From the NCBI GenBank assembly GCA_964236955.1, contig CAXSGP010000010.1, positions 1 to 64,000 of the forward strand: a stretch of 64,000 nt of DNA, given 5' to 3'. The DNA comes from an uncultured Oligoflexus sp. GTDB taxonomy: Bacteria > Bdellovibrionota_B > Oligoflexia > Oligoflexales > Oligoflexaceae. Shown piece by piece: positions 58,204 to 64,000 of the stretch. The position numbers were made by a program, and so were the translations under genes. Within the stretch, counting starts at the first letter, position 1, and each line of letters opens with the position of its first letter. The notes under the pieces are model-generated. The model did not search any database and had not been told where the DNA came from. It saw only the letters and a list, made by a program, of their open reading frames with translations.

Positions 58204-59139
58204 TTATTTATTATAACCCTGATAGATATCCTGCTTATTCTTCTCACTCACGGGTGAAGCCATATCATGATCGGCCAGGAATTGGCGAATGGCATACCTG
58301 GAATAACGGATGTCAAACTTCTTGAGGATCTTATAGATATCAATAATCATCGACTCGGCGTTGCGATAACGCCACATAGGTTTGAAGCGCAGCGAGCCTT
58401 TGGCTAAAGCGCGAATCATCTGCTGCATTTTCTTATCGTCGGTCTGAATAGCATTAAAATCGATATTTTTCATCGATTGAATAATCTCGTTTCTATCCTT
58501 GCTGGCTTTCACCGCTTTCTCGCCTGAAATCATTTCAAAGATCAGCAGTCCCACGCAGTAGAGATCCGATTGATTGATAATGGAAGTCTGGGCAATATGC
58601 TCGGGCGAATAGTAGCCTGGCGTTCCCACCATATAGTTCTTGTAGTTTTCCACGTCACCGTTGCAGGCCAGACCAAAGTCCGTTACGAGCACTTTGCCGT
58701 TGTTCGATATCAAAACGTTCGGACTTGAAAGATCCGAATGGATCGTATCGTGCAGATGCAGGTAATCCACGCCTTGAAGGATGTCGATAGCTATGCAAAG
58801 CGATACCAAAGGGGGAATTCTGCCGAAGTGCCTCATCACTTTATAAAGCGACCAGCCGTCGATGAATTCCGAAACGATATAGCAATTGGGGGGATCGAAG
58901 TTGGCATCGACGAAAGCGACGATATGCTTATGCTTGAGCCTGGCGACGATGAGCAGCTCGCGGTGAAAAATGCCAAGAAACTTTTTACTTTCTTGATATT
59001 TATCGTGCAGAATCTTTACAGCAACCGCCTGGCCAGTAACGGGATGTTTCGAACGAAAGACGCGTCCAAGGCCGCCGGCCCCGACTTCCTGCTCGATGAC
59101 ATAAGGTCCAATTTTTTCGACTGGGTCCGACGCCGACAT
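58204..59139 (-). CDS. Cytoplasmic Hanks-type Ser/Thr protein kinase
   Basis: GAGGLG.V, VAVK, HSDLSSPN, DFG, GTPGY.SPE and SDLY motifs; no TM segment. Confidence 0.92.
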   Translation of the reverse strand: MSASDPVEKIGPYVIEQEVGAGGLGRVFRSKHPVTGQAVAVKILHDKYQESKKFLGIFHRELLIVARLKHKHIVAFVDANFDPPNCYIVSEFIDGWSLYKVMRHFGRIPPLVSLCIAIDILQGVDYLHLHDTIHSDLSSPNVLISNNGKVLVTDFGLACNGDVENYKNYMVGTPGYYSPEHIAQTSIINQSDLYCVGLLIFEMISGEKAVKASKDRNEIIQSMKNIDFNAIQTDDKKMQQMIRALAKGSLRFKPMWRYRNAESMIIDIYKILKKFDIRYSRYAIRQFLADHDMASPVSEKNKQDIYQGYNK

Positions 59140-59170
59140 TCTCTACCCTCAACGGATTTCTGCAAAGAGT

Positions 59171-59197
59171 CTATCGGCAGCCATTTACTGAGGTTGA
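59171..59197 (-). promoter_or_regulatory. Candidate sigma-28 promoter of the kinase gene
   Basis: TCAA-N15-GCCGATAG, 31 nt upstream of the start. Confidence 0.55.
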
Positions 59198-59234
59198 TCT
59201 TAGGGGCCCGGGAGGCTTTTTTGCCTTTTACAAA

Positions 59235-59678
59235 TCAGGTGAGAAGATTCAAGGAATCCGAGTATCTATAACCAATTTGATCGAGGTCACTTAATATTTC
59301 ATCGTAGTAGGAGTCGGCATAATAACCCAGCAGCCCCATGGTCAGGGAAAACGATTCGTAGGTGAAGGCTGCATTCAGAACCTCGATGCTCAATTCAATT
59401 CGGCCTTCGCCACTAATGGAAAACTTCGCCATTGTCGCACGCGCATTCAGCTCAAGGAGCATGCGCGAGATTTCGGGCCAGCTATCCCAATCGACGGAAA
59501 GCTCGACGAAAGGCTGAACGATGAAACTGATCCACGTTTCCGTCATGATTATCGACAGGGGAAAGATTTGTTCTTCGCCTCGAAATCCAGTTTTCCACAT
59601 ACCATCACCTTCGCGCCGAAACGCCCAGCCGTAATCAGCAAGAAAGGATTCTAGCAATTCGCTTGTGCATCGATTCAT
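59235..59678 (-). CDS. YbjN / type III secretion chaperone-like protein
   Basis: 147-aa acidic protein with the LLELN....AKF.I...G.I.L pattern of YbjN/CesT folds. Confidence 0.7.
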   Translation of the reverse strand: MNRCTSELLESFLADYGWAFRREGDGMWKTGFRGEEQIFPLSIIMTETWISFIVQPFVELSVDWDSWPEISRMLLELNARATMAKFSISGEGRIELSIEVLNAAFTYESFSLTMGLLGYYADSYYDEILSDLDQIGYRYSDSLNLLT

Positions 59679-59767
59679 AAGTGATGGGCCTCGTCGTAGG
59701 TATATAATGAGGCTAGCGAGGAACCGCGCCCTCGTCAACCAAAGGTATTGCTTAGGAGTTTTAAAGC

Positions 59768-60652
59768 ATGGAGAAGGCGGCCTTAGAGCCACGTTACACG
59801 AATTTTCGTCGAGATTGGCTGGATTCCCTGATCAAAAATGGATTCGCACTTGACGAAGGGCTTTTTACGCGGTCAAGCGGCGGGAAGGTTGCCTATGTCC
59901 TGATCCAAAAAGATCCGCAGGCAAAGCTAACGATCCTGTTTCATGGCACTGGCAATGACCAGATTTTCACCTGGCAGCCCTTGATTCTTGAGCTTTTGCG
60001 CTCAGGACGCAATGTCCTGAGTTTTGATCTCGATGGCCACGGCACCGCCAGCACTACGATATTAAGGAAACAAGACTTTGCTGAATCCACTGTCGATCTC
60101 AGCGCCTTCTTAGACGCCCAAGGACTCTCGTCCCGTCCGTATGATCTGATCGGTTATAGCTTGGGCGCCCTCCTTATAGTGCTGGCAGTAAGCCGCCGGA
60201 TCCTCCAGCCGGAGAAGCTGGTTCTGATCGCCTTGCCTTTACAAATCCAGGTCAACCAGCGCTTTGTGTGGAGGGAATTGATGAGCCTCATCAGTCCTGA
60301 ATTTTATCGCCAGTGGCGACGTTATGGGTGGCGCGAAACCTTGCCTGCCGTCGGAAATTTCCGGCGACGAGCGTTTCCCCTAAGGCTTGATCCGCAATTC
60401 AAAGGCAGTTATCTAAAGATGGTCGATGGCATTTTTCGTGATTTTCCACCCTTAGCTATGGCTCCTGAATTAGGCCACAATTGCTTAGTCCTTTTTGGAG
60501 AAAACGATGTCTTGGCCTCCCCTTGCCAACTCAAGCATTGGCAGATTGCGGCGCCGAAAGCCAAATTAGTCGTTATCGACAGAGCGAATCACTTTCTGCT
60601 ACCGTTTCAAAGGCAAACTCTTGAAACCATCAAAGCTTGGATCGAATCATGA
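59768..60652 (+). CDS. Alpha/beta fold hydrolase
   Basis: FHG, DLDGHG, GYSLG, GEND and ANH motifs; AGGAG RBS. Confidence 0.88.
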   Translation: MEKAALEPRYTNFRRDWLDSLIKNGFALDEGLFTRSSGGKVAYVLIQKDPQAKLTILFHGTGNDQIFTWQPLILELLRSGRNVLSFDLDGHGTASTTILRKQDFAESTVDLSAFLDAQGLSSRPYDLIGYSLGALLIVLAVSRRILQPEKLVLIALPLQIQVNQRFVWRELMSLISPEFYRQWRRYGWRETLPAVGNFRRRAFPLRLDPQFKGSYLKMVDGIFRDFPPLAMAPELGHNCLVLFGENDVLASPCQLKHWQIAAPKAKLVVIDRANHFLLPFQRQTLETIKAWIES

Positions 60653-61683
60653 AATCAGCTCCAAAGATCGATGTTCATATTCACCTCACCGGTTCCGGCT
60701 GCTGTGATTCCGGCTGTTGGCTGGCTCCGAAGTTTCAAAAGCGGCTCACCTTTCGTGCCATTCGCATGATTCAGGGCATGTCCGATGAAGTGATGCGGAC
60801 CGATCTCGATACGCAATGGGCCCAGCGCATTTCACATTTGATTCGGGAGAGTGAACTCGATTATGGAGTGGTCCTGGGATTTGATCAGGTCTTCAATCAT
60901 GACGATGGCCAGCCGTGCCCCGGCCAAACGCAGATGTACGTACCTCCGGAATGGGTGTTTAAAGTCTGCAAAACCTACGACAATCTTTTACCTGGGCCAA
61001 GCCTCAATCCCTTTGCCCATGATGCGATGGCCAAACTCGAGTATTGCATCGATGAAGGCGCGGTCCTTATAAAATGGTTGCCAGCCACGCAGGATATTGA
61101 TCCGGCTAGCCCAAAACTGGATGCCTTCTATGCCCGACTCGCCGAAGTGCAGATCCCTTTGCTGATCCATATGGGCGGCGAAAGGACCTTTGCCGAACTC
61201 TCACCGGCTTTTGCCCGGCTCGATCGCATCGAAGTCCCCCTGGCCGCTGGCATTCCGGTGATCTGTGCCCATTCGGTCACCCGGGTGCTGGGAACGCGCG
61301 AAGAGGACCAGACGCCCCGTCTGCACGAACTCCTCAAAAAATATCCCCACCTCTATGTGGACAACTCCGGCATCTGCAACCCCTCGCGCTTTGCCCATCT
61401 CCCAAGGCTTGCTCAAGATCCTCTGATCATGAGTCGCACCCTCTACGGCAGCGACTGGCCCGTGCCTTCTAACGCTATTTATTTTATGAATCGACTGCCG
61501 ATCAAACGCATCATCGAACTCGAGAAGATTCAGAATCTGATGGATAGGGATATCAAAACCAAGCAGAGCTTTGGCATCGCCGACGAGACGATGACCCGGG
61601 CCAATCATGTTCTGGCGAATTTGGATCGCTGGATGGATAGGAAGGCAGTGCCGGCAAGGGCGACGGATCCCAGTGTTCATTGA
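60649..61683 (+). CDS. Amidohydrolase_2 family metal-dependent hydrolase
   Basis: DVHIH, IKW, IHMG, CAH and YGSDWP motifs; overlaps the upstream gene by ATGA. Confidence 0.88.
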   Translation: MKSAPKIDVHIHLTGSGCCDSGCWLAPKFQKRLTFRAIRMIQGMSDEVMRTDLDTQWAQRISHLIRESELDYGVVLGFDQVFNHDDGQPCPGQTQMYVPPEWVFKVCKTYDNLLPGPSLNPFAHDAMAKLEYCIDEGAVLIKWLPATQDIDPASPKLDAFYARLAEVQIPLLIHMGGERTFAELSPAFARLDRIEVPLAAGIPVICAHSVTRVLGTREEDQTPRLHELLKKYPHLYVDNSGICNPSRFAHLPRLAQDPLIMSRTLYGSDWPVPSNAIYFMNRLPIKRIIELEKIQNLMDRDIKTKQSFGIADETMTRANHVLANLDRWMDRKAVPARATDPSVH

Positions 61684-61712
61684 TCGCTTGCCAGGGTTCG
61701 AGCCCAGACAAG

Positions 61713-61750
61713 AAAACCCAGTCAGCGCGAGCCGGACTGGGTTTTGTTTT
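61713..61750. terminator. Bidirectional intrinsic terminator
   Basis: AAAACCCAGTC...GACTGGGTTTTGTTTT between convergent genes. Confidence 0.8.
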
Positions 61751-61766
61751 CAAAGTGAATTGAAAA

Positions 61767-62009
61767 TCACTCTGCAGGAGCTGGAGCCGGCTCAGCCGAT
61801 TCTTCAGCTGGGGCAGGAGTCGTTGCGCCTGCAGCTTCGTCTTTTGCTGGTTCGCATTTTTTCTTTTTCTTATCCCAAGTGCCGTGCTTGTCTGTGCACT
61901 CTTTGGCAGCTTTGCCAGCAGCTGCTTTGCCGCCTTTGGCAAGAGCGAGATTAGAGCCGAAGAAAGCTACTAAAACTAGAGCTGCAGTGTTCAAACCTTT
62001 GAAACGCAT
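61767..62009 (-). CDS. Small secreted protein with two Cys
   Basis: GAGG RBS; signal peptide ending ALA; ECTDKHGTWDKKKKKCE; Ala/Pro/Glu tail. Confidence 0.75.
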   Translation of the reverse strand: MRFKGLNTAALVLVAFFGSNLALAKGGKAAAGKAAKECTDKHGTWDKKKKKCEPAKDEAAGATTPAPAEESAEPAPAPAE

Positions 62010-62272
62010 AGGGACCTCATTTTCTAGATTTAAGTTCCAACAATAATTCAGGTCTTCTTCAGCAATCGACCGAAATCGGTTCGTTGAATGGAATACCGTC
62101 TTTGCTGCTTCTGACGAAAGAATTTATCTATTTTAGCTTAAAATTAAAATTTAGAAACTAACTATCGCAAAAAACTTAAATTTTATCGCAAGCCGAAGTC
62201 CAGAGCGAAGTTTAGGAAACCTGGGCCTGACCGGGCTGGTCCGGAAGCTCGAGTCCGGAGGTCATTTTGCTT

Positions 62273-62299
62273 AAAAAAAAGCCTGGGATCACCCAGGCT
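62273..62299 (-). terminator. Intrinsic terminator
   Basis: Minus strand AGCCTGGG-tgat-CCCAGGCT followed by a T run, 17 nt after the stop. Confidence 0.8.
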
Positions 62300-62315
62300 A
62301 TCGATCCCGGTCGGG

Positions 62316-63320
62316 CTATTGAGCGCCCGACTCATTGGGAGAGTTCAATTCTTCGATGACTTCTTTATTCTGGGCAACATCCTTTAGATCGTGAAGCAGC
62401 AGCCGCAGGTTGGCGGTCATCTCCCGCTGGGAATTTTCTATGAATGCAACCTGAACGGGAACGGGAAGGCGGGCCAGGATAATGGCAAAACTGGCCCGAT
62501 GCTCAGGGATTTGTTTTTCCAATACTGCGTTGGCCATATCCGCAAGTCCACGATTCCTGGACACGGCGAAGAGAAAGAGCGAGGCGACTCCGGGGTGGGA
62601 GATCGGCAGTGGATTCTCAATAAGAAAACGAAAGATAACGGTACAGGTATAGACGTTTATGGATTTCTGGTTGAGCTGCCGGAGATCTTCGAGGTCGGCT
62701 CGCATCAGATAGTTGAGAAAGGCCGGAGTCGCGCTTTTGGGGTCGATGGCAAGCATCGCCGTCGCATACTCAGGGGCTCCCTGCAGCGCTAGACCACGCT
62801 CTAAAAAGGTATAGTCTTTTTTCATGTCGTTTTCCTGCAGGGCCTTGGCCATATCAGGGTCGAGAATGCCATCCTCCTGGCCGTCGCGAAGCGCGTTGTT
62901 GAGGACGTTATCGATCACTGCCACCACCTCAGGCGAAGGCTTCACGGCAGCCAGACGCCAGCCGACCTTTCGAACTTCAGGTTGATTCGCCGTCAGGAGG
63001 GCCCTGATCACCTTTGGATCAGCCTTTTGGCTGGAAAACACGTACATGTTGGTGGCATGACTGAGTTCGGGAGCGGAGAGCTTTGAATGATTGTGGATGA
63101 GATCATTTTCAGTAATTTCCGCCAGTTTCGGCAGTTCTTTCCGCTCTTTGGCCAGTTCTTTCACTCTTTGCATAACATCACTTCCGTGCGTCTTGGCAAG
63201 ACTGTAGGCTTCGGCAAGCGGCATATCGCGGGTAATCTCAGGCTTTTTAGCATCCTGAGTCGTCTGGCAGGCCGTTAGCAGCAGACTACCGAGCAAGAAG
63301 AATTTTTTTACACTCAACAT
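62316..63320 (-). CDS. Alpha-helical (HEAT-like) lipoprotein
   Basis: LTAC lipobox; GGGAG RBS; helical repeats (VIRALLTANQPEVRKVGWRLAA). Confidence 0.8.
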   Translation of the reverse strand: MLSVKKFFLLGSLLLTACQTTQDAKKPEITRDMPLAEAYSLAKTHGSDVMQRVKELAKERKELPKLAEITENDLIHNHSKLSAPELSHATNMYVFSSQKADPKVIRALLTANQPEVRKVGWRLAAVKPSPEVVAVIDNVLNNALRDGQEDGILDPDMAKALQENDMKKDYTFLERGLALQGAPEYATAMLAIDPKSATPAFLNYLMRADLEDLRQLNQKSINVYTCTVIFRFLIENPLPISHPGVASLFLFAVSRNRGLADMANAVLEKQIPEHRASFAIILARLPVPVQVAFIENSQREMTANLRLLLHDLKDVAQNKEVIEELNSPNESGAQ

Positions 63321-63328
63321 AGGACTCC

Positions 63329-63784
63329 CTATAGACCCTTTGACGAAGCGGATGATGTGGACCATTCGAAAGTTATTTTACCCTGAAGCGATGTCTCTAG
63401 TCTCATTCGCCAGGCTTCAAGTTCAATATCGCGCTTTACTTTGAGGCGGCAGCGGGTGCCCGACCACTCGATACTTTCAAGCTCCAAGGCCTGATGCAGT
63501 TCAGCCCAAAGTCGCACGTCGATCCTTAGCGGGGGTAACGCCTGGGCCTTCGGCTGGGGGCCGGCTGCGTCAGTCAGGGCTGCAAAGCGGATGCCATAGG
63601 CTCCCGCAAAACGTTTGACAAAGCCTTCGGGCCAATCGACCTTGAGCTTGGCCTGTCTACTGCCCAGGCTGTTGGCGAGTTCCCGTAGGAAAGCCACCTG
63701 AGCCTGCAGGTGTAACAGGTACCAGATGAGAGTGACAAAAGTGATTGCGGACACTATATGAAAGATCAGATTTACACTGACCAC
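63329..63784 (-). CDS. Hypothetical membrane-anchored protein
   Basis: GAGGTG RBS before GTG; N-terminal TM helix; 8 nt upstream of the lipoprotein start. Confidence 0.6.
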   Translation of the reverse strand: MVSVNLIFHIVSAITFVTLIWYLLHLQAQVAFLRELANSLGSRQAKLKVDWPEGFVKRFAGAYGIRFAALTDAAGPQPKAQALPPLRIDVRLWAELHQALELESIEWSGTRCRLKVKRDIELEAWRMRLETSLQGKITFEWSTSSASSKGL

Positions 63785-64000
63785 ATTGACACCTCAATTC
63801 CGCAGCTCATGGAACGCTATCGTAGCGCACAAACGACAAGTGGCACTAGCTCAAAATAGTAACTTCAACAGGCTCGCTCCCCCGGGATGCCGGGAATCAT
63901 ACAAGCGCCGGGTAAAGCCTTGCCGCTCCCGGCCCTACAGGCTGCGATCAGGTGGAAAGACGGCTTGAGATTCATGGCCTTCAGAGGTATCGTGCCGAAG

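Noticed and set aside
63786..64000. Possible gene end or ncRNA at the window edge
   Set aside because: Two short minus-strand frames are open at the edge, neither with a recognisable motif; this cannot be resolved without the adjacent sequence.
1..64000. CRISPR arrays, IS elements, prophage, tRNA or rRNA genes
   Set aside because: Reading by eye, I saw no spaced direct repeats, transposase or integrase motifs, phage genes, or tRNA/rRNA signatures.

Overview
A 64 kb stretch of core bacterial chromosome. I found no rRNA, tRNA, CRISPR array, transposase, integrase or prophage. The gene content and style (lipoprotein trypsin-like proteases, many orphan outer-membrane proteins, a TPR-ATPase-tamB-tamA block) suggest Bdellovibrionota, possibly Oligoflexia; this is an inference. 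Housekeeping blocks are purD-purE-tsaC-maf-hemW, lat, fabG-fabH, tolQRAB, bioB-bioF-bioDA (fused), polA-tatC, an M16 protease pair, hpf, recD2 and an ArnT-like glycosyltransferase. The most interesting observations are: (1) an 830-aa HEAT-like protein ending in a HEPN-type RNRAAH motif, directly upstream of a degenerate REC-GGDEF protein; (2) a protein with three classical zinc-finger-spaced repeats in which His ligands are mostly replaced by Cys; (3) a TPR / ExeA-like ATPase / TamB / TamA locus resembling the Myxococcus sgmX and Bdellovibrio bd2492 polarity/predation locus; (4) six intergenic sigma-28-like promoters in front of non-flagellar genes; (5) a very acidic 99-aa protein with a structured leader and a pseudoknot-capable 3' trailer. 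All calls come from reading motifs by eye; no database searches were run.
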